Below, in pieces: positions 9,803 through 19,963 of a stretch of DNA of 64,000 nt. The stretch is from Pelagomonas calceolata (lineage: Eukaryota). The notes below the pieces were generated by a model. That model made no database searches, was not told the DNA's origin, and saw only the letters and a program-made list of their open reading frames with translations. Every line of letters begins with the position of its first letter. Within the stretch, counting starts at the first letter, position 1. The translations under genes were made by a program, and so were the position numbers. The stretch lies in the NCBI GenBank assembly GCA_918797485.1, contig CAKKNE010000006.1, positions 1-64,000 of the forward strand. Reading direction: 5' to 3'.

Positions 9803-11638
9803 ATGGGCGCCGGCGCCTCGGCGAGCCAGGTGCGCGAGCACGTCGAGGGCCTGGGCAATGCGTACCAGCCCTACGGCACGACGCTCGAAGACAACGGCGT
9901 CGACGGCGCGCTCGTCGAAGAACTCGCGCACGACGACCGCGCCGGCGTGAACGCGACCTTTGACGACCTGGGCATCACGAACAAGCTGCACCGGCGCAAG
10001 CTGCTGCAGGCGGCGCGGGCGCAGCACGGCGTCCAGCCCGACCGGCCCCGCAGCGGATCCTCGATTGGCTCCGTCGAGGGCCCGGCCATCGCCGTCGCCG
10101 AGGACCTGCTCGCGGAAGCGGCGCCCGCCGTCGCGGCCGTCGCCGTCGACGCGGCGCCGGCGCCGCGGTCGCGCTCGAATTCCCACACGACGCCGCGCAC
10201 GCCGACGACGGCGACGTGGACCGTGAACTTGGCCTGGGAAGGCCCGGTGGATCTGGATCTCGCCGCGGCCGTGTTCGGGGAGCGCGGCACGTTCTTGTCG
10301 CTGGCTGTGTGGAAATCAACCAGTGTGTCGGGTGCACCCGACAATTCTTCAGTAAGTCATTTCTCGGCGATGACGCGGCCGTCCTGGCTCGGTCGAGCGG
10401 CGAGGACCCGGCATCGCCACGCCATCGAGCAGGCGTCGCGTCGATGGCGTGGAGGACGACGCGATGATTCAGCACCCGGCATCGCCACGCCATCGAGCAG
10501 GCGTCGCATCGATGGCGTGGAGGACGACGCGATGATTCAGCACGAACGCGCCGTAAAATTTTGATTTCCACACAGGTCGCTGGTGTACTACGCGAACACG
10601 GAGGCGATGAACCGGGGCGTCGTGCACTCGGGCGACGCCAAAGGAGGCCAGGGCCAGTCGCAGGAGACCATCGTCGTGCGACCCGCGGCGCTGGATCCGC
10701 GCGCGACCGCCATTGTGTTGTTTGCGCGCGTGCACGACGACGGCGCCTCGCTCGGGCAAGTGACGTCGGCCGCGGTGAATCTGACGGGCACCGACGTGAC
10801 AGTCCAGCCGCTGGCGCACCACGCGACCGCGCGCGCCGCCGTCGTGTGCCGCATGTTCCGCGACCGGCCGCGGGCGCCGTTCTGCGTCGAGACGCTGGAC
10901 GCGCCGTTCGACGATAGCGATTTGGCGTCGCTCGTGCCGCGGTGCCAGAACCTGCTGCGAGACGTCGTGGATGTGTCGGCGAACGCGGACTGCAAGCTCG
11001 TGCTGCTGGACAAAGGCGGGTTGCTGCCGGTCGAGGGCACGCACTTCAAACTCGGATTGGGCTGGGATCCGGCGGAGGAGGGCGCTCCCATGGACCTGGA
11101 CGTGGGCTGCGTGTTGCTGGACAAGGACGGCATCTACAACAATTTCGTGTATTTTCACCAGCAGTCGGCGCCCGGCGTGGAGCACTCCGGCGACAATCGG
11201 ACGGGCTTTGGCGACGGCGACGACGAGTGGCTGCGGTTTTCGTTGAATGACCTGGATCCGGCCGTCGAAACCATCTCCATCGCCATCTCGGCCTATTCGG
11301 GCTCGTTCATGGCCGTGAAGAACGCCTTCTGTCGGCTCGTGGACGAGGACCGGGGCGTCGAGGTCGCGCGGTGGGAGCTCAGCGGCATGTTCGAGGAGAC
11401 CTCGCTGGTGGTCTGCAAATTGTATCGGGACGCGGGCTGGTGGAAGGTCTTCGTGATCGGCGAGCCGATCGGCGGGCGGTCCATCGTCGACTTCTTCTTC
11501 ACGGACACCTACGGGCCCATGGCCGAGCTGCGGGAGCAGTTCAAGCGCGTCGCGCGCATCGCCTACTCGGACGCGCAGTTCTTTAAGGTGTGCGCCGAGC
11601 GGGAAGGGTACGGGCAGTTGTCGGTTACGAAGGATTAG
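9803..11638 (+). CDS. SAM domain plus two TerD domains, 2 exons (9803-10296 and 10576-11638)
   Basis: SAM-like DNGVDG...DLGITNKLHRRKL; TerD motifs LAWEG.VDLD, HSGDAKGG, LGLGWD, DLDVGC and HSGDNRTG.GDGDDE; removing 10297-10575 restores FLSLVYYAN; MGAGAS myristoylation-like start. Confidence 0.88.
10305..10575 (+). mobile_element. Introner-like non-autonomous TIR element, 271 bp, in the TerD gene
   Basis: Perfect 15-bp TIR CTGTGTGGAAATCAA/TTGATTTCCACACAG; perfect 8-bp TSD GTCGCTGG at 10297-10304 and 10576-10583; internal 68-bp tandem duplication. Confidence 0.95.
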
Positions 11639-11789
11639 TTGTATATTATATTTTACGGAGCGACGGGCGTGGGGTTATCTTAGGCGCCTAGAGGCGCTAG
11701 AGGGGAGATTCATTCAGATCTTTTCAGTTAGATTCACCGGTCGTGCGCTGCGCCTGACTGGATTCCTGTTGGCACCTCCCGCGTCAACG

Positions 11790-12257
11790 ATGCATCACGG
11801 GTGCCTGCGGACGCCGCCGCCGGCCTCCGAGTCGCGTGTCATTGATGCGCCTTTTGCTCCTGTCAGGCCGTGTCCTGCCGTGAATCCAGGCGCTATTCTG
11901 CCCGCGCTGCCGGTGCTGCGCGGCTCGTCGAACAGCCAAGACACAAAATTACATCACGAGGATGCCGCCGCGCGCGTCGCGCCGCGGTTTGGCGCCGGCG
12001 CACCTCACGGAATCTGGCCCGCCGCGGCGCGCGGCCGGTCAGCATTCGTGCCTTTTAAAAAATTGACGTTGGTGACGCCCAGGCCAATCTCTGTGACGCC
12101 GTCGAACTCGCCTTCGAGACGCCGCAAGCGCGACGACACGGTGAGCGCGACGCGGTCGAATCTCGATTCCGAATCCGGCGTGTGCCACTGTAGGAAGTTC
12201 GTGTGCAAGCTTTGCACGAACATACCGCGTGCACGGAGCGTGGACACGTTCTATTGA
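11790..12257 (+). CDS. Hypothetical protein, Pro-rich with C-terminal CxC..CxxC
   Basis: ATG-initiated ORF filling an intergenic gap; no recognised domain. Confidence 0.4.
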   Translation: MHHGCLRTPPPASESRVIDAPFAPVRPCPAVNPGAILPALPVLRGSSNSQDTKLHHEDAAARVAPRFGAGAPHGIWPAAARGRSAFVPFKKLTLVTPRPISVTPSNSPSRRRKRDDTVSATRSNLDSESGVCHCRKFVCKLCTNIPRARSVDTFY

Positions 12258-12436
12258 AGCCGCGCGCCGTGCCGGCGTCGCGCTATGGGCCGCCGAACGA
12301 CGGGCGGCGCCGGCGTCGTGCTGACCTGTGCTGTTGACTAAGCCTGTGTATATCCTCCCGAGCCGCTTGTTGCCTTGTAAGAGGGGACCAAGACGAGGGG
12401 AGCTGGCCGGATCCCAAAGTTCGAAACGACAAAAAG

Positions 12437-13585
12437 TTAGGCCGTCAGCACGAAGCGCTGCGCCCCCTTGGAGGACTCGAGCTCGGCGAGGACCTCGTTG
12501 ACCTTTGCGAGGGGCCGCTCGACGACCCTGGCGCCGATCTTATTCCGCGCGCAGAACTCCAGCATCTCGACCATTTCCTTGCGCCCGCCCGTATTGGAGG
12601 TTGTGATGTTGTGCATCGTGAAGCCCATGGTAAAGACGTCGGCAGAGATGGGCGGGCACATGCCGACGAAGCACATCGTGCCGCGCGGCCGCAGCAGCGT
12701 GAAGAATTTTGTGAAGTCCACCTGTGTGGGAATCAAATATTCGGCGCCCCACGCCATCGACGCGATGTCAGCCTAACTCACTGGTTGATTTCCACACAAG
12801 AAGTCGACCTTCTGCTGCGTCGCGAGCGTCACCAGGATGAAGTCGAGGGAGCACGCCGCCGCGGCCATCTGCGCCTCGTCGGCGTGCGCGACGAATTTGG
12901 TCGCGCCGAGGTCCAAAGCGGCCCGTTTCTTCGAATCGCTCGACGAGAGGGCCGTGACCTCGCAGCCGAGCTTCGACGCGAAGGTGATGGCCATGGTGCC
13001 GAGGCCGCCCAGGCCCAAAACGCCCACGCGGTCCCCAGCTTTCGTCTGCTGGCGCAGCGGCGTCCACACGGTCTGGCCCCCGCAGAGCAGCGGCGCCGTC
13101 GCCGCCGCGTCCAACGCGTCGGGCAGCGCGAAGGCGAAGCCCGCATCCTTGATTCGCAAGTAGTCGGCGAACGCGCCGGCGTTGCCGCCGGCGCACGTGC
13201 AGTCCACGCCGTTGCCCGCCTGGCAGAGCTGCTCGTCTCCTCTTAAACAGTACTCGCAGCTGTGGCACGAGCCGCACTGCCAGCCCACGCCGCAGCGCTG
13301 GCCCACCTTCAGGTGGGTCACGGCGCTCCCGACCGCCGTCACCTCGCCCACGGCCTCGTGGCCGCAGATCTGCACCTTCTGGCCCGCCGCCCAGCCGGTA
13401 AAGTCCTTGTAGTCGCCGTCGGCCCGCCAGAGGTGCACGTCGCTGCCGCAGAGGCCGCAGTGCGTGACCTTGACCTCGACGCCCGTCGCCGGCAGCGGCG
13501 GCGCCTCGAAGGTGTACGGCTCCAAGGGTGCGCCCGGCGCCTTGGCGGCGTAGGCATTGATCGTCCGCGTGCCGGCTTCGGACAT
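12437..13585 (-). CDS. Zinc-dependent NAD(P) alcohol/aldehyde dehydrogenase (CAD/YahK-like), 2 exons (13585-12809 and 12721-12437)
   Basis: CGLCGSD.H, GHEAVG, C..C..C.......C, APLLCGG.TV and GLGGLG; intron removal gives QQK|VDFTKFF. Confidence 0.92.
12722..12800 (-). mobile_element. Short introner-like element, 79 bp, in the ADH gene; intron 12808-12722
   Basis: TIR-like ends CTGTGTGGGAATCAA and TTGATTTCCACACAAG; TSD AAGTCCAC/AAGTCGAC at 12714-12721 and 12801-12808 (1 mismatch). Confidence 0.9.
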
Positions 13586-14036
13586 TGCGGCCATGCTCTG
13601 CTGGCAGGCTATGCTCTGCTGGCAGGCTGCAGTTGCTCTCCGGTGCAAAATTGCTGCTACGTCCTCCGAAAAGTGCCGGGGGCGCGAAAGCTAGATAAAT
13701 GCCGCTACAAGCGCTACTCACGGCCAGCAGTGCGATGCTACAGCGGCTTGCAGGGCTGGTTTGAGGTGGCTCGAAACCCGTTTTGATTGCCCTTGCAGCG
13801 CCAAGCAGGAGGAGTCGTCTTAGGACGTCAAACTGTGTCCGGAGAGCTACTACTGGGTGCGTGGAGGAGCACTGGCGGGCGACTGGCGCTTGCCTTGCAT
13901 TGCACAGCGTGGCTGCTGGCGGTGCTCTTGCAGACCGCATAAGTGCTCCTGTGGTATTACAGTAGTGCTTGAACACAAGTGCATAGATCGCATCAGACAT
14001 CAAATAATTCGCGCTGCAGCAAAGACACAGAGAGCC

Positions 14037-14882
14037 ATGCAGCTCTGCACCCTGCTGCTGCTTGCAGCCTCCGCGGCGGCGCTGCGGCCAGCCCTGCCCG
14101 CGACGGAGCATCGGCGACGACGCGGCGCCGTAACAATGATGGGCCGCAAGTTCGAGAACAACAAGGTGAAGATGGCCAAGACCGCGGCGGCCAACGCGAA
14201 AAAGTCGAGCTACATCGGCAAGAAAATCAAGGTCGCCGTCAAGGCCGGCGGGCCCGACCCCGACGCGAACCGGGCGCTCGGGTTGATCATCAAGGAGGCG
14301 CAGGCCTTGAACGTGAAGCGAGACATCGTCGACCGCAACATCAAGGCCGCGTCCAGCGATAAGGACGGCGCGGACTTCAAGGAACTGACCTACGAACTCT
14401 ACGGGCACGGCGGCGTCGGGTTCGTCATCAACGCGCTGAGCGACAATTCGAACCGCGCGTACACGGACGTCGGGACGGTTGCGAAGAAGGCCAACCTGAA
14501 ACTCGCGGAGAGCGGGTCCGTGCTGCACAACTTCGAGAAGAAGGGGCGGTTAGCGGTAAACTCGGCGCTCGAAGAGGACGATCTGATCGAACTGGCGTTG
14601 GAGAACGACGTGGACGACGTCGAGGCGGGGGAGCCGGACCCCGAGGGCATGCGGAGCGACGGCGAGGACGTCAAGACCGTGGCCTGGGTGGCGCCGACGG
14701 ACCTCGGGGCGATGCAGAAAGCTTTGGTCGATGCGGGCCACGACTGCACGGCCAACCTGGTGCACGAGCCGATGATGCTCGTCGAATGCGGCGACGAGGA
14801 CCTCGAGAAGAACTTGAAGGTCTTGGACCGGCTCGAGGAGGTCGACGACGTCGACACGGTCGAGCACAACATGGCTCTCTAA
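14037..14882 (+). CDS. YebC/PmpR (TACO1) family protein, probably plastid-targeted
   Basis: GGPDPDAN..L, YELYGHGGVG, SDN.NR, GSV.HNFEKKG and LEE.DDV..V.HN; signal peptide plus transit-like N-terminus. Confidence 0.93.
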   Translation: MQLCTLLLLAASAAALRPALPATEHRRRRGAVTMMGRKFENNKVKMAKTAAANAKKSSYIGKKIKVAVKAGGPDPDANRALGLIIKEAQALNVKRDIVDRNIKAASSDKDGADFKELTYELYGHGGVGFVINALSDNSNRAYTDVGTVAKKANLKLAESGSVLHNFEKKGRLAVNSALEEDDLIELALENDVDDVEAGEPDPEGMRSDGEDVKTVAWVAPTDLGAMQKALVDAGHDCTANLVHEPMMLVECGDEDLEKNLKVLDRLEEVDDVDTVEHNMAL

Positions 14883-14929
14883 GTATGTAGATACGATCTC
14901 GATTCGAATCTTAAGTCGTTGGGGGTGCT

Positions 14930-17900
14930 CTATTCCGTCGGCGACGCCGGCCGCGTGTCGCCGCCGTCGGAGACCGAGCCGCGCGGCGACGACGCGCCGT
15001 CGTCGCTCGAGCCGCCGCGCGCCGGCACGGCGTGCGCCGCGGCGAGGTCCGTGAGCGACCCCGACGACGACACGCCGACCAAGGGCGGCGCCGGCGCCAG
15101 CGCCGGCGTCGCCGCGGCCAAAGCGGCCGAAAAGCGCGCGGCCCAGGCGTCGTCCGGCCGGCCCCAGCCGCCTTCACTACCTTCGCCGCGCCGCCGCCGC
15201 GCGTCCTCGGCGTGGAGCTCGTCGACCAGGCCCTCGATCAACAGCTCGAGCTTGCGCAGGTACTCGTCGCCCTGGGAAGCGGCCTCGGCGCCGCGCGCGC
15301 GCCACGCGGCAAAGGGCGCGCGCTCAATCGAAGGAGGCAGCCACGCCTCTAATACTTCGCGCCACCGCACCAGGTCGCCCTTGGCCTCGCGCGGCGCCGC
15401 GTCGAAGGGCGCCCCGTCCAGATTCCCGAACGCCATCGCCGCTAATTTAGCGGCAAAGTCGTCAACGGGAATCACCGACGCCGACCAGTCGACATCAGAG
15501 GGAGCCGCGTTCAATCTAAGGCAGGCCCGCAACAACACGACGAGCGCGTCGTCCTCGGGCAGCGTCGCGCCGGCCCGCCGCGCAAATCCTAAATCGCCGA
15601 TCTGCAGCGTGCAGCAGACCGCGCCGGCGTCGCGCGCCGCCGCCTCCAATACCCTCTCGGCGGCGTCCTTCGACAGCCGGTAGCCCGTCGGCGCCTCGCC
15701 CTCGAGGGGCAGCATCGTCGACGTGAATAGTAGAGGCGCCTTTGCTCTCAGCGCGAGCTCGGCCGCGAGCTTCGTGCCCCCGACGTTCGACGCTTCCAGT
15801 AGAGAAGGGGGCTTGACCATGTTCACCTCGGCGGCGCCGTGGACGACGACGTCTAAGGTCTCGACCAAATCCGTCGAGAGGCCGAAGTTCTCGGCGTCGA
15901 GCTTGCCCGCGACGGCCTTGATTTTGGCGTACCAATCTCCGAGCTCCCCCAACCTCGCTTCGCAGTTGCCCTGGAGCCGCTGCGAAGCCTTGTCATCGTC
16001 GGCCGCGCGCACGACAGCAATAACCTCCTTGACGTCCTCGCGCTCGGCGAGCGCTCTACACAAGAAGGCGCCGACGTACCCGGTGCCGCCGGTCACGAGC
16101 ACCTTCGCACCACTTGAGCGTTGAGACGCCTTGGCGAGGATCGCCTCCCTTCTTTGCGAGGCGGACAGGCCGTCGTCGACGGCCACAACATGCCTCAATG
16201 CCGCTTCCGAAGGATCGAAGGTCGGCGACGCGCTCTCGCCATCTAATATCCTAGAGACCATGCCCGATAGCGTGGGCGCCGCCACCAAATCGCCGACGGG
16301 CACTTTGACGCCGAACTCCGCCTCGACGGACGACGCCAGGCCCACGAACGCTAAACTCCCACCAAAGTCGAAGAAGTTGCTCTCGCCGCTAAACCTATCT
16401 TTGGAGGGCGGCAGCTTGAGCGCGGAACACCAGCACTGCGCTAATCTTTGAGCTTCATCAGACAGTACCTCGGCGCCGTTCGTCAGCTCCGGTAAGGACG
16501 CGAGCAACTCGGCGAGCTTCTTCGGCGTCGGCCGCTTGCCCGATTTCAACCACTTCGCCCGCTCCGTCCGCCAGTCGGAGTTGTCCATGTTACGGACGAC
16601 GACGGGCACCATGTGCGGCGGCAGGCGCTCGCGCAGCCACGTTCGTAGGGAAGAGGATGTTAAACCTTCCTTGCACGCGACCGCGCACTCGAGGCGCATC
16701 TCGGCGTCGGACGCGCCGACGGCGCCGGCCCAGGCCGCCTCCACACTGGGATGCTCGGCGACCTTGGCCTCGATGAGGTCCGGGAAGACCTTGAAGCCCC
16801 GGATCTTCACGTGCGACCCGGCCTCGCGCCCGCAGAACTCGATGCAATTGCCGCCGACCCACCGCACGAGATCGCCCGTCCTATAGAGTTCGGGCGTCTC
16901 CTTGATGCCGTCCTGGGTCCAGTAGCCCCGGAATAATGCCGGGCCCTTGACGTGCAATCGACCGACCGCGCCGACGGGCGTCGGCTCGCCGTTCAGGTCC
17001 AGCACCTCGGCGTGGACGTCCGGTAGTAATGGCAATGATGAAGCTCCTTCACCTAAATCTAAGGCCGTGTCGCCGCCCTCGTTCGTCGAGTAGCAGTTCC
17101 GGACCCTCAGACCGTCCTGCCCTATTTTGAGGGCTCTGGCTCGCAAATCGGAAGGTAACCGCTCGCCCGTGCAGTAGACGACGCGCACGGTCTTGAACTC
17201 CTCGGCGAGGCGTTTCTGGTCCGGCTCCACGTCTAAGACGGCTTTTAGTATCGATGGGGTTACATAGAGTACTGTCAACTTCTCGTCGCGGATAAAGTCA
17301 AATAACAAACGAGGATCGGCAAACGCCTTGTCCGGCAGCGCGAAGACGCTTGCCCCTTCCATCATCGGCGGCAGCATGTACCAGGCCAGCCAGAACAGCC
17401 CGACGGCGTCGCCGGGACCGATGTTATCCTGCGCCATGTACGCCGCGCAGCCCATCAACGCCGCATGGGGGCACACGACGAGCTTCGCCGCCGCCGTCGT
17501 GCCCGACGTCAGCACACAAAAGGCACCATCCCTCTCATCATTCGTATAAGAACCGGGCCCGTCGAGCGGCACGAGCGGCCCGTCGCTCACCGCCGCCGCG
17601 TCCAATCTCACGACTTTCCCCTGGAAGGCCTCGGGCACCCTCGACACGGTGCTCCCCACGGCCAACACGACGTCGGGTTGAATCATCCCGAATAACCGCC
17701 GCACCTCGGGCGCGGCCGACCCCGCGGGCACGTCCGCGAACCGATAACCAGCTAATAACGCCCCGAGCATGCCCGCGACGCAGGTCACGTCCTTGGGCGC
17801 GAAGAGGCACACGGCCGGCTTGTCCACACCTTCTACTGCCGTTCTAATTGCTCTTGCTACACCAGAGGCGCGCGCGTGCAGTTCCGAGAGCGTCGCCTTG

Positions 17901-18340
17901 TCCTTGGCGTCGCGCGCGGCGATGGATGACGGGCGTTTTTGTAAAGCGTCCTTGAGGAGGGGCCGCCACGGCACGCCGTACGGCGCCTTGGGGACGCCGG
18001 CGTTGTGCCTTGAAAAGGTCGCCGCGGCTTTGCTCCGCGCCTGCTTCAGCGCCTGGTCGACCTCGACGAGCGCCGTCGTGGGGTTGGCGACGCGGATGGC
18101 GCCGAGGACGCAGCGGTCTTCGGTGCTGGCGGCGCGGCACGCCGATGCGGCCGCGTCGTAGCTGTCCTGGTCCGCTAAAACCACTACCGGCTGCTCCTTC
18201 GATGCATCTAACTTTTCGATGAGTGTCTCGGGCGTAGACGTCACTATCTCTACGTCGTCGCGGGCAACTGTTTGGCTCCAGCTAGCTGTGCTTGAGCTGC
18301 AGCATACCAGCGTAACCGTCTTATGAACGGGTTGAGGCAT
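14930..18340 (-). CDS. NRPS-like adenylation-thiolation-reductase (A-T-R) enzyme, Lys2/CAR-like architecture
   Basis: A domain: LTSGTT...K, YSTNE, YRTGDL and VKIRG; carrier domain: NFFDFGGSL; terminal SDR: VLVTGGTGYVG, HGAAEVN, SNVGGT and YRLSK. Confidence 0.88.
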   Translation of the reverse strand: MPQPVHKTVTLVCCSSSTASWSQTVARDDVEIVTSTPETLIEKLDASKEQPVVVLADQDSYDAAASACRAASTEDRCVLGAIRVANPTTALVEVDQALKQARSKAAATFSRHNAGVPKAPYGVPWRPLLKDALQKRPSSIAARDAKDKATLSELHARASGVARAIRTAVEGVDKPAVCLFAPKDVTCVAGMLGALLAGYRFADVPAGSAAPEVRRLFGMIQPDVVLAVGSTVSRVPEAFQGKVVRLDAAAVSDGPLVPLDGPGSYTNDERDGAFCVLTSGTTAAAKLVVCPHAALMGCAAYMAQDNIGPGDAVGLFWLAWYMLPPMMEGASVFALPDKAFADPRLLFDFIRDEKLTVLYVTPSILKAVLDVEPDQKRLAEEFKTVRVVYCTGERLPSDLRARALKIGQDGLRVRNCYSTNEGGDTALDLGEGASSLPLLPDVHAEVLDLNGEPTPVGAVGRLHVKGPALFRGYWTQDGIKETPELYRTGDLVRWVGGNCIEFCGREAGSHVKIRGFKVFPDLIEAKVAEHPSVEAAWAGAVGASDAEMRLECAVACKEGLTSSSLRTWLRERLPPHMVPVVVRNMDNSDWRTERAKWLKSGKRPTPKKLAELLASLPELTNGAEVLSDEAQRLAQCWCSALKLPPSKDRFSGESNFFDFGGSLAFVGLASSVEAEFGVKVPVGDLVAAPTLSGMVSRILDGESASPTFDPSEAALRHVVAVDDGLSASQRREAILAKASQRSSGAKVLVTGGTGYVGAFLCRALAEREDVKEVIAVVRAADDDKASQRLQGNCEARLGELGDWYAKIKAVAGKLDAENFGLSTDLVETLDVVVHGAAEVNMVKPPSLLEASNVGGTKLAAELALRAKAPLLFTSTMLPLEGEAPTGYRLSKDAAERVLEAAARDAGAVCCTLQIGDLGFARRAGATLPEDDALVVLLRACLRLNAAPSDVDWSASVIPVDDFAAKLAAMAFGNLDGAPFDAAPREAKGDLVRWREVLEAWLPPSIERAPFAAWRARGAEAASQGDEYLRKLELLIEGLVDELHAEDARRRRGEGSEGGWGRPDDAWAARFSAALAAATPALAPAPPLVGVSSSGSLTDLAAAHAVPARGGSSDDGASSPRGSVSDGGDTRPASPTE

Positions 18341-18646
18341 GTTCAATATCGAGGCTGCAGCGTTTGCACACGTCGGTGATTGGATCTGTCTTCCACTATT
18401 CGCCCAATTCCAATGCCCAAAGCGTCTGCGTCGACATTTTTGTTGGAGGGGAGGGGGGGGTCGACGATGGACCCCTAAACCAAGAGAGCAGTCCTCGGGA
18501 GACGCTCTCCCAGCTCCTGCGAGCCTGGAGGCAGAAGAAACCGCGCATCGCCCGTCCATCTCAGACGGTGTCTCCCAGCCCTGGCAGGGCGCCGCCGAAG
18601 ACGCTGCGTCGTGCCGAAGCAGTATATTAAAAACCACATTATTAAA

Positions 18647-19465
18647 TCAACCATTCCTACCAAGCACGACCCCCGAGAAGAAGTCGAACGCCGCGAACTG
18701 GATCGCGGCCGACGGCGCCGCCCGCAAGAGCGACGGCGCCAGCCCCCGATACAACCGCGGCACGCCGTCGGCGCGCACGAGCGATAAAGCACAGTCGACA
18801 TACCCACGATACTCAGCCTGGGGCTGCTGGAGGCACCGCCTTATGGTATCGTTCGGAAACGTCGCGACGCCCGCCACCAAGCCACCACAACCCCCATACA
18901 CCGCCGACCGCCCGACGGCCCGCCCCCGCGACTCCGGCTCGTGAGGGTACCGTCGTAGCACGCCGACGACGCCGAAGCGAATCCCGTCGAACGGGATTGC
19001 TCCCAACAAAGTAGGCGTCGCACCGCGGTACAGTGCCTTCACACCACCTCTCCGGAACGCGTCCACGAGCACCTGCCAGATACTGCCCTTGCCCTGGCCG
19101 CCGAGCACGCCGCGCGCCAGATCCAATGGGTATGTTGCGGCCGCGGCACACATCCCAGCCAAACCGCCCGCGGCGAAGCTGCCCGCGGCATGCCGCTTCA
19201 CATAGGGCCGCAACCGCTCGTTCACCGCAAACGCAATGCCTCTAGCTGGAAAGACCCTCAGTATCGACGCGCCGTTGCCCGCCCACAACCCTTGAAAACC
19301 CTCCGTGCGCCAGACGCGCCTTAATGCAACCACGAAGGACGTGTCTTTACCGACCTGCAGCAGGATGCGCGCGCGCTCCAGCGGCGCCATCGCCGTCTTC
19401 GACGCGCAGCCCGCGAGGCCGCCGCAGAGCACGGCCTCGGCGGCGGTCTTCTTGCGGCGCGGCAT
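18647..19465 (-). CDS. Mitochondrial carrier (SLC25), CoA/adenine-nucleotide-carrier-like
   Basis: Three Px[DE]xx[KR] repeats (APLERAR, YPLDLAR, FPNDTIR); LWAGNGASILRVFP. Confidence 0.9.
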   Translation of the reverse strand: MPRRKKTAAEAVLCGGLAGCASKTAMAPLERARILLQVGKDTSFVVALRRVWRTEGFQGLWAGNGASILRVFPARGIAFAVNERLRPYVKRHAAGSFAAGGLAGMCAAAATYPLDLARGVLGGQGKGSIWQVLVDAFRRGGVKALYRGATPTLLGAIPFDGIRFGVVGVLRRYPHEPESRGRAVGRSAVYGGCGGLVAGVATFPNDTIRRCLQQPQAEYRGYVDCALSLVRADGVPRLYRGLAPSLLRAAPSAAIQFAAFDFFSGVVLGRNG

Positions 19466-19963
19466 TCTTGTTTTATTGCTGCTGTTGCGGCGACGGCGTT
19501 TGGCACTGCTAATTGCACTGGCGCCGCGTGTGTTGCTGCTGCTGCACGCTGGCGGCTGCTTCGCAACCTTTTGAGCACCAGCGATGCAAAACTGATTTCG
19601 CGATGCAAGGAACTGATCGAGAGACTCCAAAAAATGCTATTCACGGCACTAACTCGCTCGTCCGCTTGGCAAAAATATCCCAGCCGCCCACAAAACCCGT
19701 GGCAAACACCGGCGCATACCACTCCTCCCTACCGCCTCGCAGGTTTCTTCTATTGGCATGATTGATGGGTATGGGCGCCCTGGCGTCGAAATAAGCCAAT
19801 CCTCAAAACTGATGATTGAGCTCTGCGAACCAAAACAGCGTGCTTTGTGCACAATTAGACAGCTTCTGACGCGCAGCGGGCCAAAGCGACCCAGTCTACC
19901 TTCGCGAGAGCAAAAAAACGCAAGCCTCGAGCGTAAATCAGCGCATCAGCAGCCTTGCTCACC

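Noticed and set aside
12400..12436. GTTCGAAAC B-box/tRNA-like motif (similar motif at about 13768)
   Set aside because: No cloverleaf or A-box could be built.
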